Below, piece after piece: positions 1 to 10,344 of a stretch of 32,000 bases of DNA; the stretch's first letter is position 1, and each line of letters starts with the position of its first letter. The translations under genes and the position numbers were made by a program. The notes beneath the pieces were generated by a model. The model made no database searches. It was not told the origin of the DNA and saw nothing but the letters and a program-made list of their open reading frames with translations. The stretch lies in the NCBI GenBank assembly GCA_026002795.1, contig BPGA01000001.1, forward strand, positions 503,453 to 535,452, given 5' to 3'. This stretch comes from Candidatus Saccharimonadota bacterium (GTDB lineage: Archaea; Nanobdellota; Nanobdellia; Pacearchaeales; GW2011-AR1).

Positions 1-48
1 CAAAAGAATATTTAAAACAAAACCTAATCTAACACTTCTTTTAACTCT

Positions 49-339
49 CTACAAATAACTTTCTAGTTCTTTTAATAATCTTTTTGACCTATTTGCAGCT
101 TCTAACCTTAACTCTTCAGGGTTATTTGTTTGAGGTATGTAGTGTAAATGCTTTTTAATTGCAACAATTCTTTTTGTTTTTGTGTCTAGAGCTTTATAGA
201 TAATAGAGTGTGCTCCAACTTTGTACCTTTCTAGAATTTCATATCTTTCTGGATCAACCTCTCCTTCAAAAACATCACGAGAGGAATTAGGATTTTCTAA
301 TCCATATTGTGTTCTTTTTAAAGGCAAAGGAGTTATCAT
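49..339 (-). CDS. Chimeric small protein (96 aa): a protein-kinase N-lobe-like fragment fused to the repeat-family C-terminal tail; possibly a gene remnant
   Basis: Residues 32-63 (YEILERYKVGAHSIIYKALDTKTKRIVAIKK) resemble kinase subdomains I-II with a VAIK-type lysine. The last 22 aa (EELRLEAANRSKRLLKELESYL) and nt 49-117 nearly match the 3' end of gene 15301..15957. The start overlaps the upstream gene's stop as ATGA (336-339). Confidence 0.45.
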   Translation of the reverse strand: MITPLPLKRTQYGLENPNSSRDVFEGEVDPERYEILERYKVGAHSIIYKALDTKTKRIVAIKKHLHYIPQTNNPEELRLEAANRSKRLLKELESYL

Positions 340-962
340 CTTTTTTGTTCTCCTTCTTTTGGCTTATATTTTTCAAGAACTACCTTTCCTGCTTCATTCA
401 AATCAGCAAAATAACCTGAAGAAGCTACTTTTAATGAAACAGCCCTGTTATATGCTTCTCTTAAAATATTGAAAGCATTTAAAGCATCTTTTTCTTGTTC
501 AGTTCTGTTTTCTTCTGGTTTGCTTAATATAGATTCTGCTGTATAAGATGCTAGTTCTGTAGGAACACTAAACTCAAAACCATTAGATAATCCTCTAACA
601 ATTCTTTCTAAATCAGCTAAGCTAACAACCATTTTGCTTTCTTCTAGTATCTTAGCAATCTTTAAAGAGATTTCATAATTTGTTGGATATGAGGGTTCAC
701 CAAAAACACCAAAAGCTTTTCCTTCTTTTAATCTAGAAAGATACTCCTCTTTTCTTTTTCTTTCAATTTCTTCAGAAAACATTAACTCAGTATATTTTTG
801 TTCTGCTCCAAAAAGACCAAGCTGACCATACAATAAAGGATTATTTCTTACTTGATTTGATCCAAACACTCCTTGATATAATTCATACTCTAAATTAGAT
901 ATTGCATTCTCTCTTCTTTTTCTCATTAAATCTTCAATCTCTTTTTGATTTGTTTCTGCCAT
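336..962 (-). CDS. Hypothetical protein (208 aa), driven by the repeat-family promoter cassette
   Basis: Long ORF. I moved the start to the ATG at 960-962 (MAETNQ...), because the track's extension (MNSNKTERFINMLFFEKNM) reads through the conserved BRE/TATA. I recognise no domain. Confidence 0.6.
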   Translation of the reverse strand: MAETNQKEIEDLMRKRRENAISNLEYELYQGVFGSNQVRNNPLLYGQLGLFGAEQKYTELMFSEEIERKRKEEYLSRLKEGKAFGVFGEPSYPTNYEISLKIAKILEESKMVVSLADLERIVRGLSNGFEFSVPTELASYTAESILSKPEENRTEQEKDALNAFNILREAYNRAVSLKVASSGYFADLNEAGKVVLEKYKPKEGEQKR

Positions 963-982
963 GTTTTTTTCAAAGAAAAGCA

Positions 983-1016
983 TATTTATAAATCTTTCGG
1001 TTTTATTACTATTCAC
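983..1016 (-). promoter_or_regulatory. Truncated copy of the repeat-family upstream cassette (BRE/TATA, leaderless spacing)
   Basis: Sense strand reads CCGAAAGATTTATAAATATGC, followed by an A7 run and then ATG. It matches 22093-22145 and diverges beyond about 1010. Confidence 0.6.
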
Positions 1017-1060
1017 AAGTAATAACCAAAACTAAGGAATTAATAAAATTAAATAAAAAA

Positions 1061-1363
1061 CTAACAAAACCTGTTTTTTGTTTCTTCATCTCTCGGATCC
1101 TTCCATTCTTTATCAATCTGCATAAATGCTCCTGTTATAGGTTTCATCTCTATTATTGTTTTATCCTTACAAAAAACTTCAAAATCTTGACAAAAATTAT
1201 TATTACATATAGCTTTTGTAAAAGAGTGAGTATACCAAATTTCTTCATTTTTTAAATTATTGTTTGAATTTTGTGTTTTATAGAAAAAATAAACTAAAAA
1301 AAGTGAATTAAACAACAATAAAATGCCCAGTAAAATTAAAATATTCTTTGAAACTTGTTTCAT
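1061..1363 (-). CDS. Small membrane-anchored or secreted cysteine-containing protein
   Basis: N-terminal hydrophobic helix (ILILLGILLLFNSLFLVYFFY) followed by a soluble region with 4 Cys. No recognised domain. Confidence 0.5.
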   Translation of the reverse strand: MKQVSKNILILLGILLLFNSLFLVYFFYKTQNSNNNLKNEEIWYTHSFTKAICNNNFCQDFEVFCKDKTIIEMKPITGAFMQIDKEWKDPRDEETKNRFC

Positions 1364-1572
1364 TTTTCTTTTTTTCCTAAAAAGTTTTTAAAAATATGTG
1401 TTTTCCATAAAACGTTTCTAAAAATAATTTTTATCGACGATAAAAGCGTTTTTTTAATAGAAAAATTTATAAAGAATAAACAACTTTTATAAACAAGAAA
1501 AATAAAGATAGAACAGTTTTTCTGTTCAAACTAAATTAAAATCTAAAATTAAAAAGTTAATATTTAGCATAA

Positions 1573-3471
<1,899 letters not shown>

Positions 3472-3494
3472 AAAATACATAAAAAAGCATTAAA

Positions 3495-3773
3495 ATGGGA
3501 AAGCTTAAAACACCAGAATGGATATTAGAAGGTTTTGATAGTAAAGAAGAATGGGAAAAAGCAAAAGGAATAAAAAGCAAAGGAAAACAAAAAGGAACTT
3601 TTAATTTAAGGTGTTGCCCAAAATGCGGAAGCTTTGAAGTTTGTGTAGTTTTAGTAGGTGAAGAAGGAAAAAAAGCTGACTTATGGGAATGTAAAAAGTG
3701 TAAATGGAAAGGAAAAAATATAGAAGAAAAATCTCTTTCAGAAGAAGATTATTTAAAAGAACTTGAAAAATAA
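3495..3773 (+). CDS. Small zinc-ribbon protein encoded between gyrB and gyrA
   Basis: CPKCGS ... CKKCKW (two CxxC knuckles) in a lysine/glutamate-rich 92-aa protein. It sits 23 nt after the gyrB stop and 7 nt before the gyrA start. Confidence 0.7.
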   Translation: MGKLKTPEWILEGFDSKEEWEKAKGIKSKGKQKGTFNLRCCPKCGSFEVCVVLVGEEGKKADLWECKKCKWKGKNIEEKSLSEEDYLKELEK

Positions 3774-3780
3774 TTGAAAA

Positions 3781-6201
3781 ATGAAAGACGAAAATAACAA
3801 ACAAATTATCAATACTGAAATCTCAGAAGAGATGAAAAAATCTTATTTAGATTATGCTATGTCTGTTATCGTTTCGAGAGCTCTTCCTTCTGTTGAAGAT
3901 GGATTAAAACCAGTTCAAAGAAGAATTCTTTATTCAATGTATTTAATGGGTTTAAAGCCAGGAAGCCAGACAAAAAAATCAGCGAGAATAGTTGGAGATG
4001 TTTTAGGAAAATTTCATCCCCATGGTGATGTTGCAGTATATGATGCTCTCGTGAGAATGGCTCAGAACTTTAGTTTAAGATACCCCCTTATTTTTGGCCA
4101 AGGAAATTTTGGAAGTATAGACGGAGATCCTCCTGCTGCTATGAGATATACAGAAGCAAAACTTATGCCGATATCTTCAGAGTTATTGCAAGATATAGAA
4201 AAAGAAACAGTAAATTTTGTTCCTAATTTTGATAATTCATTAAAAGAACCAGAGCTTCTTCCAGGAAAAATACCTAATTTAATTATAAATGGCGCATCTG
4301 GAATTGCTGTAGGTATGGCTACAAACATACCACCACACAATATTAGAGAGGTTTGTGATGCTATAATTGCATACATAAAAGACCCTGAAATTCCAGTTCA
4401 AAAAATTCTTGAGATTCTTCCAGGCCCCGACTTTCCTACTGGAGGTTATGTTTCTGGCGAAATAGAAAAGATTTACAAAGAAGGAAAAGGAAAACTTATA
4501 ATTAGAGGAAAAGCATCAACAGAAAAAATAAAGAATAAAGAAGCAATTGTTATAACAGAGATTCCTTATATGTTAAACAAATCAGATCTTTTAACACAAA
4601 TTGCTGATCTAGTTCAGAAAAAAAAGATTAATGATATTTATGATATAAGAGACGAAAGTTCAAAAGGAAAGATTAGGATTGTTTTGGAATTAAGAAAAGA
4701 TTCAAATCCAAAATTTGTCATAAATTATCTCTATAAATACACAAGACTTCAAGACTCTTTTAACGTTAACTTTTTGGCACTTGTTAATGGCCAGCCAAGA
4801 GTTCTGAACATTAAAGATTATTTTAAAGAATATGTAGAGTATAGAAAAAAAATAATTACAAAAAGAACAAGATTTGAATTGAAAAAATCAGAGGAAAGAA
4901 TTGAAATTGTTAAAGGCCTTTTAATTGCTTTAAACAACATAGACAAAATTATCTCTTTAATCAAAAAATCTAAAAACACAAATGAGGCTTCTGAATCTTT
5001 AATAAAGATTTTTAGTTTAACCAAAAAACAAGCATCTGCGATACTTGAAATGAGACTTCAACAATTAACTTCTCTAGAAAAAGAAAAACTTGAAAAAGAA
5101 AAGAAAGAACTCGAAAACAAAATTTTAGAATTCAAAAAAATACTTTCTGATGTTTCTGAAATTTTAAAAATAATTGTTAAAGAATTGAATGAAATAAAAA
5201 ATAAATATGGTGATGAAAGAAAAACACAAGTAATAAGCAAAATTTCTGAAATATCAGAAAAAGACATTATTCAAAAAAAGGAAGTGATAATTATGATAAC
5301 AGACAAAGGTTATTGCAAAAGAATGGATTTAAAAACATATAAAGAACAGAAAAGAGGTGGTAAAGGAATTATTGGTAGTGATCTTACGACAGGAGATTTT
5401 GTTAAAGAGGTTATTGTTTGTTCTACACACGACTATCTTCTATTTTTTACAAACCATGGAAGGGTTTTATGGTTGAAAGCCTATAATGTTCCTGCAGCTG
5501 AAAGATATAGCAAAGGAAAAGCGTTAGTTAATCTACTTAACCTGAAAGAAGAGAGTATAACAAGCGTTATTCCTGTTAAAAGTTTTGACGATTTCTTGTT
5601 TATGGCAACGAAAAAAGGAATTGTAAAGAAAATTTCATTAAAACATTTTTCAAAACCAAGAGCTAGCGGAGTTAGGGCAATAACTCTTCCTTCTGATAAT
5701 TCAGATTTTCTTATAGGGGTTGAAGTAGTTCATCCAAAAGAAGAAATCTTATTAGCAACTAAAAATGGTATTGCAATAAGATTTAATTCAGATGAGGTAA
5801 GAGATATGAGCAGAAATAGTTATGGAATAACAGGAATAAAACTTGAGGAAAATGATGAGGTTAGAAGTCTCGAAGTTCTTAGAGATGATACAATTCTTAC
5901 AATTACAAAAAACGGATATGGAAAAAGAACTCTTGTTTCAGACTATAGAAAAACTTCTAGAGCTGGTAAAGGTGTTATAAATTTAAAAGTAACTCAAAAA
6001 ACAGGAGAGGTTGTAAAAACAGCCTCAGTAAATGAAAAAGATTCTATAATTATAACAACTGCAAAAGGACTTGTTTTTAGAACAGCTGCAAAAAATGTAA
6101 AAGTTATAGGAAGAGCTACGCAAGGAGTTAGAATTCTAAAGCTTCATCAAGGAGATTTTGTAACAGATTTAATTAGAGTTAAAGAAAATACTGAAGAGTA
6201 A
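3781..6201 (+). CDS. gyrA: DNA gyrase subunit A
   Basis: Catalytic-Tyr motif [10 protein letters not shown], a GyrA-box-like [10 protein letters not shown] at the start of the C-terminal beta-pinwheel region, and HPHGD. 806 aa. Confidence 0.97.
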   Translation: MKDENNKQIINTEISEEMKKSYLDYAMSVIVSRALPSVEDGLKPVQRRILYSMYLMGLKPGSQTKKSARIVGDVLGKFHPHGDVAVYDALVRMAQNFSLRYPLIFGQGNFGSIDGDPPAAMRYTEAKLMPISSELLQDIEKETVNFVPNFDNSLKEPELLPGKIPNLIINGASGIAVGMATNIPPHNIREVCDAIIAYIKDPEIPVQKILEILPGPDFPTGGYVSGEIEKIYKEGKGKLIIRGKASTEKIKNKEAIVITEIPYMLNKSDLLTQIADLVQKKKINDIYDIRDESSKGKIRIVLELRKDSNPKFVINYLYKYTRLQDSFNVNFLALVNGQPRVLNIKDYFKEYVEYRKKIITKRTRFELKKSEERIEIVKGLLIALNNIDKIISLIKKSKNTNEASESLIKIFSLTKKQASAILEMRLQQLTSLEKEKLEKEKKELENKILEFKKILSDVSEILKIIVKELNEIKNKYGDERKTQVISKISEISEKDIIQKKEVIIMITDKGYCKRMDLKTYKEQKRGGKGIIGSDLTTGDFVKEVIVCSTHDYLLFFTNHGRVLWLKAYNVPAAERYSKGKALVNLLNLKEESITSVIPVKSFDDFLFMATKKGIVKKISLKHFSKPRASGVRAITLPSDNSDFLIGVEVVHPKEEILLATKNGIAIRFNSDEVRDMSRNSYGITGIKLEENDEVRSLEVLRDDTILTITKNGYGKRTLVSDYRKTSRAGKGVINLKVTQKTGEVVKTASVNEKDSIIITTAKGLVFRTAAKNVKVIGRATQGVRILKLHQGDFVTDLIRVKENTEE

Positions 6202-6269
6202 CTTTCGTGATTTTTTCTGTTATCAATTTATTAAGTTAAATTTAAATACAAATAGGCTGTTTTTAATTT

Positions 6270-7547
6270 ATGATAGATTTAAAAGATTTGAGAGAAAGGC
6301 CTGAAGTTTACATAGAAAACATTAAGAAAAAAGGTCAAGACCCAAATATTGTTTCTGAAACTTTAATTCTTGATAAAAAATGGAGAGAAGCAAAAAAAAG
6401 AGCTGATTATTTAAGAAAAAAAAGAAATGAAATTTCTCAAGAAATAAACGAAGCAAAAAAACAAAAAAAAAGAATTGATGAATTGTTGAAAAAAGCTAAA
6501 GCATTGCCCAATCAAATAAGAGAAGCAGAAACAGAAGAAAAAGAAATTTTTACAGATTTGCAATCTTTTCTTTCTAAAATTCCTAATTTAATGCATAAAG
6601 ATGTTCCTATTGGCAAATCCGAAAAAGACAACGTTGTTGTTAAAAATGTTGGGAAACCAAAAAAATTAAATTTTAATGTTAAAAACCATGTAGAAATTTC
6701 CGAATCTTTAAATTTAGTGGATTTTGACGCATCTGCAGAAGTTGCAGGAACCGGATTTTATTACCTTAAGGGAGATTTAGCTCTTTTAAACCAAGCACTT
6801 ATTAAATTTACAATAGATTTTATGTTAAAAAAAGGCTATACGTATCTAGAGCCACCATTAATGATAAGAAAAAAAATTGCTATAGCTCAAGGAGATTTTG
6901 AGGCATTTAAAAATGCTCTTTATAAAATAGAAGGAGAGGATCTTTATTTAATTCCTACTGCAGAACATGCAATACTCGGAATGTTATCAAATAAACAAAT
7001 TCCTGAAGAAAAACTTCCTTTAAGATTTTTTGGTTATAGTATGTGTTTTAGAAAAGAGATTGGAAGTCACGGAATTAATGAAAAAGGACTTTGGAGAACC
7101 CACCAGTTTAATAAAGTTGAGCAGTTTATATTTTGTAAGCCAGAAAATAGCTGGGAATGTTATTCTGAATTAATGAAAAACTCTGAAGAAATTCTTAAAA
7201 AACTTAAACTTCCATATAGAATAATTGAAATTTGTAGCGCTGAGCTAGGAAATTGGAAAGCAAGAAGTCATGATTTTGAAGTTTGGAGGCCAACTCTGAA
7301 AACTTATGGAGAGGTTATGTCTTTAAGCAATTGTACTGATTATCAGTCAAGAGAGCTAAACATTAGAGGTATAAGAAAAAACGGAGAAAGGTTTTTTTTG
7401 CATACACTAAATAACACTGCACTTGCTACTTCTAGGATTATGGTTGCAATATTAGAAAACTATCAAAAAAAAGACGGAAGTGTTGAAATTCCAGAAGCAA
7501 TTAGAAAGTATATGAATGGAAAAAAGATAATTAAACCTTCAAACTAG
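6270..7547 (+). CDS. serS: Seryl-tRNA synthetase
   Basis: N-terminal coiled-coil arm and class II core motifs (FRKEIGSHG...GLWRTHQFNKVEQF, LNNTALATSR). 425 aa. Confidence 0.95.
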   Translation: MIDLKDLRERPEVYIENIKKKGQDPNIVSETLILDKKWREAKKRADYLRKKRNEISQEINEAKKQKKRIDELLKKAKALPNQIREAETEEKEIFTDLQSFLSKIPNLMHKDVPIGKSEKDNVVVKNVGKPKKLNFNVKNHVEISESLNLVDFDASAEVAGTGFYYLKGDLALLNQALIKFTIDFMLKKGYTYLEPPLMIRKKIAIAQGDFEAFKNALYKIEGEDLYLIPTAEHAILGMLSNKQIPEEKLPLRFFGYSMCFRKEIGSHGINEKGLWRTHQFNKVEQFIFCKPENSWECYSELMKNSEEILKKLKLPYRIIEICSAELGNWKARSHDFEVWRPTLKTYGEVMSLSNCTDYQSRELNIRGIRKNGERFFLHTLNNTALATSRIMVAILENYQKKDGSVEIPEAIRKYMNGKKIIKPSN

Positions 7548-7549
7548 CT

Positions 7550-7849
7550 TTAATAATTTTTCTTGAGAAAAATTTTAAGTATTAAAAATGTGAATAAATA
7601 AGATAAAACAATACCAACAATTAGTACTATATAATTTATTGAGTATACATGAAAATTATAAGAAAAAAATAGCCACATTAAAACAGAGCCGTTTGAGCTT
7701 GAATTACAGGGCGCTTTAATACATCTAATTCCATTATCATAATTTATAAAAGGAATAAATACAATCAAAATTAAAAAAGAAAGAATTAGATGTGTTTTTG
7801 TAGGTTTTAAAAAAATATTTTTGAACATAATTAATAATTCAAAAAACAC
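7550..7849 (-). CDS. Small hydrophobic membrane protein (hypothetical)
   Basis: Two or three predicted TM helices and a short CxxxxC loop. It is convergent with serS, and the start codon is uncertain. Confidence 0.4.
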   Translation of the reverse strand: MFFELLIMFKNIFLKPTKTHLILSFLILIVFIPFINYDNGIRCIKAPCNSSSNGSVLMWLFFSYNFHVYSINYIVLIVGIVLSYLFTFLILKIFLKKNY

Positions 7850-7948
7850 AAATTTAAAAAAATTTTGAAAATAAAGAGTAAATTTTAAAAATAATTTTTT
7901 ATTAATATTCTGTTGATAAAAGACCTGAAAAAAATTTCAAATTTTTAA

Positions 7949-8020
7949 GCCTCAATGGTCTAATGGCGATGACGCTAGCCTGTCGCGCTGGAGATCCGGG
8001 TTCGATTCCCGGTTGAGGCG
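7949..8020 (+). tRNA. tRNA-Asp (anticodon GUC)
   Basis: Hand-folded cloverleaf: acceptor GCCTCAA/TTGAGGC, anticodon stem CTAGC/GCTGG with loop CTGTCGC, T arm CCGGG-TTCGATT-CCCGG. No encoded CCA and no intron. Confidence 0.9.
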
Positions 8021-8164
8021 TTTTATTAAAAAAACCTAAACTTAAATTATATTCATTTCTTAGTTCAATAGACAACTTCTTAAATTTATACTAAAAATTA
8101 AAAAATTTAAGAAAACTAAAAAATGAAAAGAAAAGTTTAGAAAATAAAAATTGAAAAATAAAAA

Positions 8165-8617
8165 TTAAAAACTTCTACTTTGTGTTGTCTGGCAAAGTTG
8201 CTCATTTCCAGAAGCATCAATAAAGTAAGGTGTAAACTCTATTCTTGATGCGTTCAACAAAGATGTCTGTAGTTTTGCAGATTTTGTTTCAAGCTGATTT
8301 ATTTTACTTCCGAAATCAAGCACTCCTGTGCTAGTAGTTCCATTAAACAAAACCACTTTTACTCCACCAATATCTCCTCCACCAGCACCTCTACGTAAAG
8401 TTACTGTATAGTTACCAGTTTCACCAGCAACAGGATTAACACTTACAAACTCTAACTGAATTGCAGCGCATTGTGTTGTTATATCAATTTGCTCTGAACC
8501 TTGCTCAACAAGATTTCTAATAACCACCCAAATTATTCCAATTGCAATTATTGTAAGCAAAATTATAAGCAAAGTAGTAACAACAGCTGACAAACCTCTT
8601 TTGTTTTTTTGGTACAT
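8165..8617 (-). CDS. Archaeal type IV pilin-like protein (class III signal peptide)
   Basis: N-terminus MYQKNKRG|LSAVVTTLLIILLTIIAIGIIW fits the prepilin peptidase (PibD/FlaK-type) cleavage context. N-glycosylation sequons NYT, NGT and NAS follow. Confidence 0.75.
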   Translation of the reverse strand: MYQKNKRGLSAVVTTLLIILLTIIAIGIIWVVIRNLVEQGSEQIDITTQCAAIQLEFVSVNPVAGETGNYTVTLRRGAGGGDIGGVKVVLFNGTTSTGVLDFGSKINQLETKSAKLQTSLLNASRIEFTPYFIDASGNEQLCQTTQSRSF

Positions 8618-8717
8618 TTTATTTTAACTTAATTAAATTATAAAATAAAATATTATTTAAAAACCTTTCTGTATTGAGAGGCTAAAATTATCTTCTACAA
8701 GTAAAAACTTAAATAAA

Positions 8718-9920
8718 TTATTTATTAAAAGATTTTAGCAGTGTAAAAAACTCTTTTTTGTCAAAAATTTTGTCTGATTCTGAAAAACCAATTCTTTCTG
8801 CAAATTTCCAAAAAGCTTCTGGTTTGTATCCTTGTTTTCTTAAAGAGATTAGTGTTGGTAGTTTTTCATCGTCCCAACCAGAAAAATACCCTATCACGAT
8901 TCCTTCTCTCATTTTTGTTGTAGAAAGCTCAAAATCTCTAAAATGGATTCTTCCTAAAAAAGCAGTCCACGGAAAAGTTTTTTTACCAAGAGCATTATAA
9001 ATCATTTTTTGTCTTTTTGCATTATCTCTGTGATCTTTTGCTCTTATCACATGAGTCATCTTTAGTTCTATATCATCTACAGCAACAGCAAAATTCATTA
9101 AAGGCCAAACTCTGTATTTTTTTCCTTGTCTAGGGTGTTTTTGAAGGTTTATTCTAGCTAAAGGAAAATCTCTCATTGCTGGATTTTTATCTTTCATGTT
9201 TGATTTAAATCTTAAAACAGCTTCTCCTTCATTAAATCCATTCTCATTTAGCATATTTTTCCATCTCTGAAGATTTTCTTTTATAGAAAAACTCCTACAA
9301 GGACAATTTCTTTTTTCTTGGACATACTCTTTAAATTTTTCAGAAGGACAGCTACAAACATAAGCTGAATTTCTTTTTATTAGTTTTTCAGCATAACTGT
9401 AATAAAGAGGCATTCTGTCTGATTGTATCAACAAAATATACTTTTTTTTAAACAACCAATCACAATCTTCTTTAATCATCTCATAAGAATCAGAAAAAAC
9501 ATTCTCAGGATTTGTGTCTTCAATTCTTACATAAAACTTACCGCCATATTTTTTAACAAAAAGATAAGAAAGAGAAGCTGTTAAAGCATGGCCAATATGT
9601 AAAGGACCAGAGGCACTTGGAGCAAACCTCATAATAACTTTACCTTTTTTTGCTTTAGGAAGAGAAGGTAAACCAACTCTTTTTTTCCTTTCACTTATTA
9701 TTTTTTTTAATTTTTCAAACTCTTCTTTCTGCCTTTCAATGCTTAAAGAATTTACCTCATTAACAATTTTTTCAATCTCTTTAAATTTTTCTTTTAACTC
9801 CTCTCTTTTTAATCCCTCATGAAACAAAGAAGAAATTACAGAGTTAATACTAGCTTTTCCTCCGTATGATAAAGAATTTTTTAAAGCATAAGCTCTTGCT
9901 TTTTTTTCTAGATTTTTCAT
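8718..9920 (-). CDS. gltX: Glutamyl-tRNA synthetase, archaeal/eukaryal type, apparently lacking the C-terminal anticodon-binding domain
   Basis: N-terminal archaeal GluRS-type helical region (YALKNSLSYGGKA), HIGH motif (RFAPSASGPLHIGHA), WDD..LPTL and a KMSKS-like LSTTKMRE. Only 400 aa. Confidence 0.85.
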   Translation of the reverse strand: MKNLEKKARAYALKNSLSYGGKASINSVISSLFHEGLKREELKEKFKEIEKIVNEVNSLSIERQKEEFEKLKKIISERKKRVGLPSLPKAKKGKVIMRFAPSASGPLHIGHALTASLSYLFVKKYGGKFYVRIEDTNPENVFSDSYEMIKEDCDWLFKKKYILLIQSDRMPLYYSYAEKLIKRNSAYVCSCPSEKFKEYVQEKRNCPCRSFSIKENLQRWKNMLNENGFNEGEAVLRFKSNMKDKNPAMRDFPLARINLQKHPRQGKKYRVWPLMNFAVAVDDIELKMTHVIRAKDHRDNAKRQKMIYNALGKKTFPWTAFLGRIHFRDFELSTTKMREGIVIGYFSGWDDEKLPTLISLRKQGYKPEAFWKFAERIGFSESDKIFDKKEFFTLLKSFNK

Positions 9921-9981
9921 AATTAGATAAATCTCTTGTAATTTATAAACTTAAATAATTTAATAAAAGTCTAAAAATTTT

Positions 9982-10251
9982 TTATTCTAACTTTTCTATG
10001 TTTAATTTCCTTTCTAGAAGTTCAACTCTTTGTTGTAGGTTATAAATCTGCGCAGAGAGGTTATCTAGTTTATTAGACATCTCAAGAATTCTTTTTGCAA
10101 GTTTTCTCCTTCTTTCTTCAACACTCTCTAAAGAACTTTCTAAGGAATTCTGTTCTTTTTCACTTTCTTTTTTTAATTCATTTTTCTCTTGAAGCTGCTT
10201 TTTTATTGCTTCTTCAATATCTCTTTTCTTCCTAAATCCAAAAATTCCCAT
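9982..10251 (-). CDS. Small coiled-coil protein (hypothetical)
   Basis: 89 aa with a heptad-rich charged sequence. It is divergent from the 10345 gene. Confidence 0.5.
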   Translation of the reverse strand: MGIFGFRKKRDIEEAIKKQLQEKNELKKESEKEQNSLESSLESVEERRRKLAKRILEMSNKLDNLSAQIYNLQQRVELLERKLNIEKLE

Positions 10252-10344
10252 AAAAATTAAACATAGTTTATATTTTTAAATTTAGTTGTGTTTAGAAACA
10301 TTTTTTAAATAAAAAAGCATCATTATAGTAAATATTTATAAAAA

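Noticed and set aside
49-90. The conserved C-terminus ...ELESYL as a proteasome-docking HbYX motif
   Set aside because: The penultimate Tyr fits, but the preceding residue is Ser rather than hydrophobic. Nothing else links these proteins to proteasome activators.
963-1016. N-terminal extensions in the ORF track (MNSNKTERFINMLFFEKNM here; MLFFEKNM at 22093-22113)
   Set aside because: These read through the conserved BRE/TATA and the A-run of the promoter cassette. The internal ATGs (962 and 22092) align with the starts of copies A and B.
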